Shown: in pieces, positions 37,789-49,900 of the stretch
How the letters are laid out: the number at the start of each line of letters is the position of its first letter
How positions within the stretch are numbered: position 1 is the stretch's first letter
Source of the DNA: Takakia lepidozioides
Lineage: Eukaryota; Plantae; Bryophyta
NCBI GenBank assembly: GCA_030704615.1
Contig: CM060734.1
Span: forward strand, 2,046,001-2,109,736
DNA length: 63,736 nt
Direction: 5' to 3'
The notes under the pieces: model-generated
Database searches by the model: none
The model's input: the letters and a program-made list of their open reading frames with translations, nothing else
Told to the model about the DNA's origin: nothing
Program-made: the position numbers and the translations under genes

Positions 37789-38465
37789 TTACCTGACTAC
37801 AGACACAAGCATCACATACAAGAGGTCCTTTGGGTTTGACTCGGCATCAATGTCGACTGTCTCTTTCTCCGAGTCCGACGAATCCTCCGAGGAGTCTGTG
37901 GCTGCGATGGGAGCCTTCACATTCCGTTGAAGCCCTTCCAGATGGGATTCCCAAACGGAAGTGTCCTCCTCGTAGGCAAACATGTGCCGGTCGGAAAACC
38001 GCCTAGCCCACATTGAGGCATCTGTTAGAATGACATCCACTCATTAAAACATGGCCCTTGAGAAATGACGAATTTGAACATAATGAAAATTCGCAGAACA
38101 ACATAGTACGAAAATCTGCATACCTGTTCCACATATGAGGTCCAGCACTCTGCCCTCTAGGTCAGTGCATGCCTCCATAATTGTCTGGATGAAGGCAGGG
38201 CTCCGAGTCCGTGAATACCGCAGGGGATCCATTGAAGTGAGGCTATGAGGGAGGAGGTCCGTGGGAACGTCGTATTCGATGGGGTCGCAGTTCGGGTCAA
38301 CCAACAATCCATCCTTCCGGAAAGCAAAGGTCGAGTTCTCCTTCACAAAGCAGTATGCATCGAACTGCTTCGTTTGCATATAACACAGTGATTGGCAGCT
38401 CATGGTATCTGCAGCACAAGCACCATCGCTACCTCCAAGCCGCCATCGCGCGCACTCTCGCAGCG
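37789..38465 (-). pseudogene. Second, diverged beta-class DNA methyltransferase fragment
   Basis: RSPAFIQTIMEACTDLEGRVLDLICGT(G/D), intron 38123-38022, ASMWARRFSDRHMFAYEED. The intron is at the same phase-1 position as in the 9 kb copy. Confidence 0.7.
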
Positions 38466-38512
38466 CAAAAAGAAAGACATTAGGGTTGCGCAGGGTTTTC
38501 CCCTGTCTGGCT

Positions 38513-40405
38513 CGTCATTCATCCTTCTTAGGATGAAAAACATCCGCCAGCCGTACGCCCGACGGACGTTGTCCGTTTCTCATTCGCGGAAGATGAAAAA
38601 CATCGTGTGTTCATCTACGGATGCAGTCCATTTTTCATCTAAGTTAGATGAAAAACATCAGGGTTTTTAAGAAAAATTATACTTGTCTTGTCCCGTATTT
38701 AGGTCATGTCAGATGAAGTCTTTTTTTCATCTAGGTTGGATTGAAAAAATAAATACTGACGGGAGTTTTGCAATCAGTATATTCTGGGTTGATGTCCGGA
38801 TGAAGCAAAACCTCACAGATATTAGTGAAGAAATTTTCACTAGGAAGAAAATGAAATGTATTCTGGATGAAAAACATCTAAATTCCCTGCAACCCAATTT
38901 TTCAATTTTTTCAAAGATGGAAGTTGGGACAAGAATTCCATAAACCCAGTTTCCAGAGGGACCTACAACACAGCTTGCCTCCACAGGGGAGGTGGATATG
39001 TATGGTAAGTTTTCCAGAATACCCCTATATCTTTATTTCTTGCTACAGCTGAAAATCAAAGTTCGTGACCCAGCAAGGTAAAGATAAAGGACTGCATACA
39101 CATCATGTGACAGTATATAATACTGTCAGTACATCCTATTCACATCATTCCACATTTGACCATGTCATTACACCATGTCCAGGGGGTATTTCCACGTGAC
39201 CACCCTGGCTGCCTCAAAAACCAGTTACCAGTTATATATTGCTGTCATATTTCATTGTCAGCCGAATATGCACAGGCAGAATCTTCACCATACCCTGGTC
39301 TAAGCATCTAGCTAACAAAGCCATCCGGGTTGGAACATAACAGGGGCCAACATGGGTACCCGAATAGCTGCAACAAACAGTTTCTTGCAACCTTTCAAAT
39401 TGTTTCCAACTACCATAAGGTAAGCAAAGCAAACTAGGGCCTGGAAAACAGATGTGTGTCTCTCACACAAGCCATCATAAACCCGGCTGTCACAACAAAG
39501 CAGAGGTCTTCCATTGGCTGGGCCGAAAATAGCCCATCGTAGAAAGCACTACACTTGTTCTTCATAAATAAAGGAAGGAAAGATGTAGGATCAAGACAAA
39601 CCATAGAGTAGTTTAGTTTTTCCAACATTTTAAGATGAGTCCCTGGCAAGCGATTCCTTCCCCTGCTCTGCAATCCCACTTGGCATCCAGCAACACCTAG
39701 ACATCAGAATATTAAGTGGAAGCCCTCACCTGTGCCCGTCCGAAAAACAACCACAACGCATTGTGAGTTAGTGAGGAGGATGCACGAGGTGAGTAGTAGA
39801 CTTCCACACTTGCTATCGAGGTCAAATACACTTGAATCTAAGCGCAGAGAATGCCAAAGAAAGCAGGGAAGCAAAACAAACAGAAAAAAGAACATTTTTT
39901 TTACTGTTTGGGGGAGAGTCGTCATCTCTCCACAAGCCTAACCGTCATTCATCATTCTTAGGATGAAAAACATCCGCCAGCATGTACGTCCGACGGACGT
40001 TGTCCGTTTCTCATTCGCGGAAGATGAAAGACATCGTGCGTTCATCCTGTCTTGAACCCGACGGATGCAGTCCGCTTTTCATCTAGGTTAGATGAAAAAC
40101 ATCGGAGGGTTTTTTTTTTTTTTTAACTTTTTTATACCTGTCTTGCCCCGTATTTAGGTCCTGTCAGATGAAGTCATTTTTTCATCTAGGTTGGATTGAA
40201 AAAACTGACGGGAGTTTTGCAATCAGTATATTCCGGTTTGATGTTCGGATGAAGCAAAAAACCTCACAGGTATTTAGTGAAGAAATGTTTCACTAGGAAA
40301 AAAATGTATTTTGGATGAAAAACATCCAAAATTCCCTGCAACCCAATTTTTTCAATTTTTTCAATAATGGAAGTCGGGACAACAATTCCATAAACCCAGT
40401 TTCCA
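38513..40405. repeat. Two ~450-bp direct repeats (38513-38955, 39943-40405) rich in TTTTCATC/GATGAAAA palindromes
   Basis: Near-identical blocks; hairpin TTTTTCATCTAA-G-TTAGATGAAAAA at 38631-38655. Confidence 0.9.
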
Positions 40406-41250
40406 TAGGGAGAGAGAGGGAGAGAGAGGGCTGCTGCTTAGTCACTCCCCCCCCCCCATTTTATTTATTTATTTATATTTCCCGATCTCTCCCTCTCTCT
40501 CCGTCTTTCCTTCTCCCTCTCTCTCCCACTTTCCTTCTCCCTCTCTCTCCCACTCTTTCCCTCTCTTTTGTGTCTGTCCCTCTCCCTCTCTCTTTTTTAC
40601 TTTTTCTGCCCCCTCTCTCCCTCTCTGTTTTTTTTTTTTTTGTGAGCAGCTCAAAAGAGAGGGAAAGAGAGGGAGAGAGAGGAAGAGATCAGGAAACCAA
40701 AAATAAATAAATAAATAGGTGGGGGTGACTGAGTAGTTGCTGCTCAATCACTCCGCCCCCCCATTTTATTTTTATTTTTCTTTGTTGCCCCATCTGTCCC
40801 TCTGTCCCTCTCCCTCTCTCTTTTAACTTTTTCTGCCCCCTCTCTCCCTCTGTGTTTTTTTTTTTTTTTTTTTTTTGAGCAGCACAAAAGAGAGGGAGAG
40901 GGAGGGACAGATCAGGAAACCAAGAAAAAAAAAAAAAAAAAAAAAAAAGTGGGGGGGGGGGGGGCGGTGAGCAGCTGTTTTTTTTTCTTTGTTGCCCCCT
41001 CTCTCCCTCCCTCTCCCTCTCTCTGTCCCTCTGTCTCCCTCTGTCTCTCTCCCTCTCTTTTGTCTCTTTCCTTCTCCCTCTCTCTTTTAACTTTTTCTGC
41101 CCCCTCTCTCCCCCTCTGGTTTGTTTTGTTTTGTGAACAGCACAAAAGAGAGGGAGACAAAGAGGGAAAGATCAGGAAACCAAAAAAAAAAAAAAAATGT
41201 GGGGGGGGGGGGGGGGGGGATGATGAGCAGCTGCTACTCAGGGGGGTTGC
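40406..41250. repeat. About 3 tandem GA/CT- and homopolymer-rich units (another copy at 53130-53424)
   Basis: Recurring gagcagcacaaaagagaggg..gatcaggaaaccaaaaa..ggggg motif. Confidence 0.8.
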
Positions 41251-41939
41251 TCTTTTTGTCAGCGATCAGCGATCAGTATGACGTGGACACGTGGGGAACG
41301 GCCACGTGGCAAATGGTCGTCAAAAATGTTTTTTTTGGGCTGCCCGTAAATCCAAATCTGATTCATAGTCGTATTCCAGTAAGAAATGAATCAGAACAAC
41401 AGGATTAAAGATGGCCGCGGAGACCACCTTCGTTGGCCAAAGGTGGAAGATGAAGACGATGATCGGGTTTTTGTTTGTCTTTTAATTTAAGTTATGTAAT
41501 TATATCAGCATCCACCTTCGCTTGACGAAGGTTCGGGATGAAGTCGGGAAGAATGATAATTTTAGGTTTTGATATCATTTTTTTTTAAACACAAGTCATA
41601 GGCTGATTAGCGTGGGGGGCGAAATGGGGACAAACATAAGACGACTTAGACAAATTTTCAGGCAGCAGTATCAACTTTAAAATCAAGTGCGTGGAATTGT
41701 TATATCTAGTCCAGAGCTAGGCGAGCCCAACATGTGAGATGAAATCGGCGAAGTGACCGTTAAGTCCTAGCTAGTCTCCCCTTTCTACCCGCAAGTTGTT
41801 CTAACCGTTTAACTAACTAACCGTCAGCCAAGACAATACGCACGACATTGTCGTTCCCTGTGTTGGTGACGTTCCCGCGTCCACGTTCCCTTCTGTGATA
41901 ACAGCACCCTGTGTCGAGCTGTGACCTGTGTGGCGCTCT

Positions 41940-43490
41940 GACGGTGTGCAATAATGGCTAGGTCGTCCGCATAGGCTGCTGCGGAGATTTCATTGGAAGA
42001 AGTTTTGTATTGGTATCCTAGGTTACCGCGAGCAAACCATCGTAACAGAGGCTCAAGAAAAATAATAAATAGGTATGGACTCAGTGTGTCACCTTGAATG
42101 GTGCCACGCAGTATGGGATAGGGGGGTGGAGCCGTAATATGAACCAAAGTATTCAGTGGTATTGTTAATGTAGATATTACCAATGAGTTGAATAGCATCG
42201 ATAGGGTAGCCTAGATCCGTCATAATGGCTAGTAGGCGTGGTCTAGGGATCCGAAGGCATTTTTGAAGTCAATATAGAGGAGATAGATATCTTGTTTAGT
42301 GAGTTTTCCATCTTCTAGGGCAGATAAAACGTATTGTAGTTGTCTGGTGGTGCTTCACGTAGCATGGAAGCCTTCTTGGGGGTCACTCAGAATACGATGT
42401 TGTTCGCCGTAGGTGGAGAGCATCGCGGTTAAGGTGTTGGTGAATAGTTTGTATATAGTGTTTGCGAGGGCGATGGGCCTGTAGTTACTAAGACATACTC
42501 TCTGATACTAACCTATTTGCGACCCCCAATGCTGCATGGATTGAAGCTGAGATCATACTTACCTCTACTATCCAAGAAATGACTAAAAGTGTATTAGCCA
42601 CCGCTCCGCCCCCCCTAATCTTCCCCAGACCACACGATCAAAACAAAACGGGGGTTACCTTACCCGAACTCAGAAACGCGAATGGACCTCTCATCTAGAC
42701 ATCTATCATACCATACGCCGGGCTCTTGCTGTCATCCCCCACCCTTCGACCCCATCCTAAAATAATCGGAAAACTGACCCCCACATCATATGTCTAAACA
42801 CGCTACCTATATGCCAAACCGGTGGACGCATCCTATCTTCCTCAGTGGGTCACCTCCCTCTCCAAAATTGGTCGGGACGCAAAAAAAACTGCATATGCTA
42901 TCACGAAACAGAAAGCAACGGATAACCACGAAAAATCATCGCTTGGACTTTGGCCAACTCCTAAATGAACACCCTAAAAGGGCATACAAAGTCATCTTCA
43001 ACCTTGCAATTTAAACACAAACTAGGCCACCTGTTAACTAAACCAGATGACATCAAAAAAGAAATTTGGCTTCAAGTCTCGTCATCCTACTCACCTACTG
43101 TAGTTAATTGTATGCATCCTAACCATCACATATCTAACTGCATATGTAAAGTCAAACATTACCCATGGCATGATCTTGACGGTTTTTCACTGGAAAAACG
43201 AGGCTCCCCCTCTCACCGTATTATTGACCTCTTCACTATATAAATTTTGTTTGAGGAGGCGGGGTGGAAATATTTTTGGAATGCTTTGATGTTGCATTGG
43301 GGTATGGGTGAGAGAATTCGGGGTTGAGGGGGTGGGGTATGTATATCTGGGATGGTCGGAAGGGGGACTTCAGACGAGTAGAGTACCGGAGGTGGACCAA
43401 GCTTGACGAGCACCAAGGAAGAACCGTAATTTGTACCATTACGCTGAGCCATTAGAGCATCACACGCATCACGCGTGTTACAACACTAGA
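41940..43490 (-). mobile_element. Dualen-like LINE RT fragment with internal inverted segment (~42490-43240)
   Basis: Minus strand: NYRPIALANTIYKL, QEGF, YIDFKNAFGSLDH, RGTIQGDTLSPYLF, AYADDL. The pre-RT region (YPWHDLDGFSLEKRG) reads on the plus strand. Confidence 0.75.
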
Positions 43491-45014
43491 GGAGAATCAG
43501 TTTTCCCCACACTATGGTATCTCGGCCCTATGTAGAATGAGTCAAAATGTGATGCAGCAAAAGCCACAAACGGTGGAATGTGTCACATGCAAGCCAACAA
43601 ATGCCACACCTTGAAAGTCAACAATATGAGGTGGCACGTTGACCATGTAAGATGTAGGATAGTTATGTGGCATATTTGAGAGAAGTGTGAAGTACTTGGC
43701 AGATGGGTGTAACATGTTTCACATATGGATTTTGAATTCATGGTCAACTATCCAACTTGTTACCTTGACCAGAAAGAAATTACACGTGGCGTAATTTTGA
43801 AGTTTTTTAGGGAGACCAATCCTATAGGTTAGGGGTCTATAAATTATTATTTTTAAACTTCTCTTTTGTCCACTAGGTTAAGGGCTACTTTACATTAAGA
43901 GCCAAGGCCAAGATTCTACTGGGGAATATATCGGTTATTTTTTTTTGTCTTAAACTCTAAAATAATAATATGATTTTTTGGCCCGGGTTAAGCCCAAAAA
44001 GAGAGAGGAGTGAAGAACTATGAAACTTATAGTTTTAAAAAAAAAAAAATAATTTAGTATATTTTTAAAATACTAGGGTTCATTGGTAGAAAATGTCGAA
44101 TGCCTAAGATCCTTGTCCACTATCCGCCATCATGAGGACGCGGTCAGTTTTGTAATGCACGATCAATATGACACAACACACTATGTGATATAATCTCTGT
44201 CGTCGGATATTTCCAAATCGTGTGATCAGGAATGCAAGCACAGGTCGAGCTCTCAAGAATGACTAAGTCCCTGACTTTGTTTCTTACCTCAAACATAGTC
44301 AATTCCAAATTTGAATATGTTACCATCACTAGAAGGATTTTTGTCTTTTAGGTACTTCGTTCCAAGTGTCCACTTTCGACCAGAAACCTGAGAAGCAGTT
44401 GTGAAAATTGGTGAAGCTTCTTGTTTAGAGCACAAAAAAAGGGCGATTCTTTGATTTCCATTATGAAAAACCGTAGGAAACAATCACCACTGTGGAATGT
44501 AGAAAGAGTCAGTGGTGTGCGAAATTTGGACTCTGGGTACTGGGGGAAATTACAGAAAATTCCTCCCTTCATCAGCTACACTCTACGCAACCAACTGCCT
44601 GGGGCCTGGCCCCTCTGTGTGACCTCTCTGCCTTACATCTACTTTGTAAGGATCGTCAAAATTTTGCAACGCCCAGACCCACTAAGTGCCTCCTATGTTG
44701 TCTACCAAGCGATACACTTCACTCGCAGATTGGACAAGTTACAATCCGATAACCCTTCCATAGACACCCAAGATAGACCTAGGGGAAACACCTATCCCAA
44801 ATGGAGCCTCCTCGATCTGTAGATCACCTGGCTACATCAAATTGTCAATTTCCCATGTCTGTAAGGGGATTTGAGCTAGTTCGAACTTCGAAGGTATTGT
44901 GTAAGAGCACTCGCGCAGAACAATAAAGATGGTGGCGAGGTGCCATCATAACATGTAGTCCATGCTAGGTAATTCATATTCATGAGGTAGTCTAAGAAGA
45001 CCCTGACGCCGCGA

Positions 45015-47841
45015 TTAGTATCTCAGTTGCAGCACCAACAGTAAAAAAAATGCCGAGTACAGCAGACTCGTAGAAGGATGAGAATGACATTGGGAACTCG
45101 TCGAAGCAACTGTTTGAGCAGCTACTGGAAGGCTGCACATTTACAAAACAACACACCATTAACAGTAGGTTAACAGGTCGTAAGCTCATTCAACTTGTGG
45201 ACGTTAGAAACTTCTCTGGACAGGGACATGTTCTGTCAAGGTGTCATATGGTGGTCATGATCCTATGTACATCATCACCTTTGAGTGCATTAGATTACTT
45301 CCCAACAAAAGGAATGCAAACACAGGCCACAACAATTCAGAAAGAAGGATTGGTACCTGGCTGCGAAAGCACATGAACCATAACCTGCACAGAACACCAG
45401 TTTTGAATATACTATCAGCCTTGAGCAAGCAAAGGTAACAGATACTGTTCAATATACTCCCATCCCTAATTTCTTGTGATCAACAGCCACTGCTACTGTC
45501 ATAAGGAATTACTATATAAATACATCCAGCTTCTAATGATCTGAATCCTGCAAAAAGGGTACAAGGACAAATCTCTCTATGCTAACAAGCAGAATTTGTT
45601 GCATTCCATTCCGTACGTGCGAGTTCATATTACAAACTATCATGCCCTGTGGATATTACTCCCCAGCCCTGCCACTCCAATCCCAAACAAGTGATCTTAC
45701 TGAATTAGTGAAGGTTGCCTAACCCGGTGTTCTATTCATGAGGACAACCAAAGGCATGTGGGCAGAAGCCGTTCGTTGACAAAGAGAGAATCACTCAAGT
45801 GGATAGGAAGACACTCACTGGGATCAATCATAGTAATGGTTGCAGTGCCTGAGAAATCACAGGTCCCAGGAGCCATCAAATTCTTCTGATAGTAGCTATT
45901 CATTGCATACGAGGCATGGGCGTTCACAGTATTTGGAATCCAGCACACCATGCCAGGTTGAATGGATGAGCAGTCAGCCTTTCCTTGACCACAGGCGTAG
46001 TCGAGGGCCGCTTGCAAGCTGCTGTCACTGGTCCCCTGTTTCAACGGATCCACACCATAAGTGTGCATCAATCATGCATGCAAACTTTGTATGCAGTGGT
46101 AAGGACAAAGGACAGTAAAAAATACTACTAGAGACTTGGAGAAGCAAGACTGTGGACTCGTAGATGCATGGTGGCATCAGATTCACAATCATAAGCCAAT
46201 TGGGCTAGTGCGTTCTGACCTGTTTCGCCACACACCAGGTCCGGTTTGTTGCTGTGTTTATTCCAGTGTCTGGCACTCCGTCTCCTGTGAGATCAACGGA
46301 ATAAACAGCGGTCTGATCAGCGTTGAAGAGACCCCAGTTCCTCTCAGAGGTGGGACCTAGTCGCTTGTCTTCATTAAAAAGCTCGAAAAGGTAAATGTTG
46401 ATAGAAATGCCTGGTTTGGCAGGAGTTCCGGTTTTATTGAGGACATGCTTGATGAGATTACTGACGTACGTTTGAGCATTGTCAGGCGACACCCCAAGCT
46501 CAGTAGGGTCCCCCAGAGAAGGCCACCCAGTCTCAGTCACCACAATTGAGATACCTGTGTGATTCAGAGCACCCATAGCGTTGAAAGTTGCATCCAGCAG
46601 GGCGTCAAACACATTGGTGTACAGGAGTCCGGTAGATGAATCCACAACTCCCGGGTTTGGGCGAAAGAGCGCATAATCCAGAGTTATAACTTGAGCATTT
46701 TGTTGATAAGCTTTGAAGGGATATACATTGAGCATGAAGTAAGACCCAGTTTGTGATAAAAAGTCTAGCATTGGCTTGATCACTGGCGCAGCATAAGTAC
46801 TGTTAAAGGAACCTGTCGAGGGAGGGAAAGTGTTAGTGAGAAGATCGATCCCACAAGGTGTCGACACTTTAATCTGACCATCTAATCCGTTAACGACCAG
46901 CGCGCTGTGGATAAAAGTCATAGCAGGAACTAACACCGCCCACAGCGTCGAATCCCGCGTCAGTACCTCGGAGCCAACAGCAATGCCGGTGATGTTAACT
47001 GTCGGAGCATAGGGTACGATGTTGTTCTTGACCCACTTTGCAGCGGACACATTGCTTTCTCCAACGCTTAACACCTCATCGTTCACTATCCCCACTATGA
47101 GCTGAATATTAGACCCTTCGAAGGCCTGCAGAACTGCAGAATTGGTGTCAAAGATGCGGACTTGAGATAGGCCCTCGTTTTTCAGCTTCTGCACCACCGC
47201 CTGGGGCGTGGGCAAGTTGTCCCCGTCTGTGCCATAGTCTACCCCTATGAAGGCTCCTGCATATCACTCACACCCCTTCCGCTGAGTTCAGGTCTCCTGG
47301 AGACTGGAAAACAGAATAGATCTATCAATATCAAACATTTCGGCTCCACTTGGTTTGAAAAGGATCTAAACCCACGCAAGCTCTCGCAAATCTTCAAGCA
47401 ATACGTCAGGTGTTCTTCCCCGTAAGCGCAACAAGGCCGACTGCCAATTGCTGGGCACCTATAAGCCATTAGTGCTGGAGTATCCAGCTCACAGGAGTTT
47501 ACAACCACCTAATTGGGTGTAGAGGGCTTTGCAAGCATCAGTATTACAACGGTGGCGACCTGGAGATCGCCTCACACCATGAGTGCAAATGAGAGCTCTG
47601 CTCGTGGCGCCTTGTCGGCATGATTGCATCTGCCGACTACGCAACACTGACCTCGAATAATTGATACAGCTAAGTTTTGTCTGGTTGCCTGAGAATGGAG
47701 CTCTATTAAAGGATTAAACCGGTTGGGCGGGTGGAGATTCTGATATCGCAAAAAGAGATTACCTGCACTGGAAACGAAGTAGAAAAAAAGGAAAGCACGC
47801 CATAGGCGGCAGCAATGAGCTGCCTTCTGTGGTGGCACCAT
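45015..47841 (-). CDS. Glucan endo-1,3-beta-glucosidase (GH17 + X8/CBM43, GPI-anchor signal)
   Basis: Exons 47841-47763, 47256-46220, 46035-45819, 45384-45357, 45132-45015. [27 protein letters not shown]; X8 WCVAK..LDYACG..DCSSI; hydrophobic C-terminal tail. Confidence 0.93.
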
Positions 47842-49629
47842 GGATGGTCGCTGCCGGCTTCTGACCGTCTCTCTTGCCAACTTTCAAACGTAGGCACGAC
47901 TTCTCTTCCAGTCCCCACCTCCCCCCCTCCTCTCGACCTTTAGCTACCTGTATAGAACTGTACCGTCCTTACCGAACAGGATTGGAATTGAAATGCGGTA
48001 GCGGAAGAGCAAATGCAAAAACCAGCCAAGAGCTCAGTGTGGTAGGTACACAGCAGACCTTGCTACTTCGGAAAAGTTTCCAGCTCTTCAAGAAAAGAGG
48101 AAGAAGACAGTCCGGGTGGTGAAGGCTGTCAGCTCTACAACACGTGCCACATGCTCTGGAAGCTGCGAAGGCGGTAAAAGGGAAGCAAGTCCCGGAGGGG
48201 AGAGAGTGGATAGACAGCCTACGAAGGTTGGCATACGATAGATCCCCGGCTTATGTCACAAGCTGTACGTCCCAGTAGAAATCCCTTTAGCAAAAACCGA
48301 GCAGTCTCGCTGCTGCAGTTTTCTGCCTCTAGAGTACCTATTGTTGCCAGCACAGCTGTATTGGAATACATACCATCGCATTCCATTGTACGCAAGCCGC
48401 AGTACTGAAGCCCAACCTTACTCGCTTACAGCCCTCATTAAGTTGGCACAAGTGGGTTTTCCTAAAGCAAGAGAGAAAACAATTGCCAAACATTTGGCTA
48501 TTTGCATCCGCAGCCATTCGCAGGAGCTGGCAGGAGGGATGGGTGGCTGAGTAGGCCAGCGGTTCTGTCCCGCAGCCTAGGAGCCGCTGTCCTCATCCTC
48601 CACCTCGTTTGTCTGCGGTGATATTCCATCAGGGCATTCTAAGGATTTCTTGCAGCAGGTAGATAGGATCAACTACCTACTACAGTTGTGCCACCATCAC
48701 CTTAATTTGTTTTTACTTCAAGAGACGATTATGGGTTCAGTCTACTTCAGAGACAATCATCTTTGGTTTGAATACTTATTGCAGGTCAATCAATCTTCAA
48801 TCAATCTTCAATTAAACTCAACCAGCAATGAATCTCTAGAGCCGATTCTAGACTGTCTAAGTTACTTGGTATAGGGGAAGTGTGCCGATGGGCGGTCGCT
48901 TGCACAGTCTTGCAGGAAGGAGGTACCCATAGGGCGTCATAATAAGGGGCAGTACGTCAGAGCCGTCACCTTTTAGTGATCCTCTGCCTCCCTGCTCGAT
49001 AGTATGTACTTTGCAGTTCGAAATCTTTACTTTGCAAATGAAGCTTGTCAGTCTGCCGCTCATCATCAACTGTCCCGATACTTTGGATGCACGCAGAGAT
49101 TTGAGTGTAGCCGATTTAGAGAGAGAGATGAAAGAAGAGCTTTGCATCAGAACTTGGTGGGCAGCTAGGTCAAGAGTCAAGAGCCCTCTCACCAATCAAC
49201 CATTCAAACCACTGTGGTAGCAATATTGAGCATCTTCTCCACTTTTGCTTTCTGATGTTCATTTGGGCTCATGAGCTCCCCAATCAATGTATTCACTTGG
49301 ATCCTCTCCAAAATCACTCCATAACAAAGCAGAGAAAATTGCAATTTCAGTGTACATGTAGCCTAGAGCAAAAAAATGGAAAACACTAGGAATAATGTAA
49401 GAACTTAATGCACGCTGGGATCTCATGGTACTATCACAGCCCCTCCACTGACCCTGTCAAATCCTCCCCACCCCCTCTTACCAGGATTCACTATTAAATA
49501 TTATAGAATGTGAGAGGTTGTCAAAGCAATAGTGAGTAGCCTAGTGGTAAGGTGATGGCAATAGAGGCGGCGAGGTGTCAAGTTTAATTCTTGATGTGTA
49601 GTCTGTGTAAACCCCGGTTGGTGTAACCT

Positions 49630-49900
49630 TGGGTGTTTGGAGACTTGGCTCGATCGATACAACTTTCTCAGTCCCACAATTCGCATTCAAAGGGTGATCT
49701 CTGACTCTACTGTTGACATTCTTGATATTCAATTCTTCAAGGGAGCTGATTTTGTCAATAGTGGGATTCTATCTTCGAGATGTCATCAGAAGACACTCAA
49801 CAAATACCAGTACTTCCCATGGACGTCGTGTCATCCGCGCCACCAAAAACGAGCATTCATCATTGGTGAGCTACGCCGATACACTTTGAGAGAAAGCACA
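49630..49900 (+). mobile_element. Penelope-like element RT C-terminal fragment
   Basis: ILDIQFFKG..HQKTLNKYQYFPWTSCHP..FIIGELRRY; cut by the CACTA terminus. Confidence 0.7.

Noticed and set aside
40315-41408. ORFs in the GA/CT-rich repeats
   Set aside because: Low-complexity artefacts.
43484-43500. CACTAG as a CACTA terminus
   Set aside because: No matching opposite TIR or clear subterminal repeats found.
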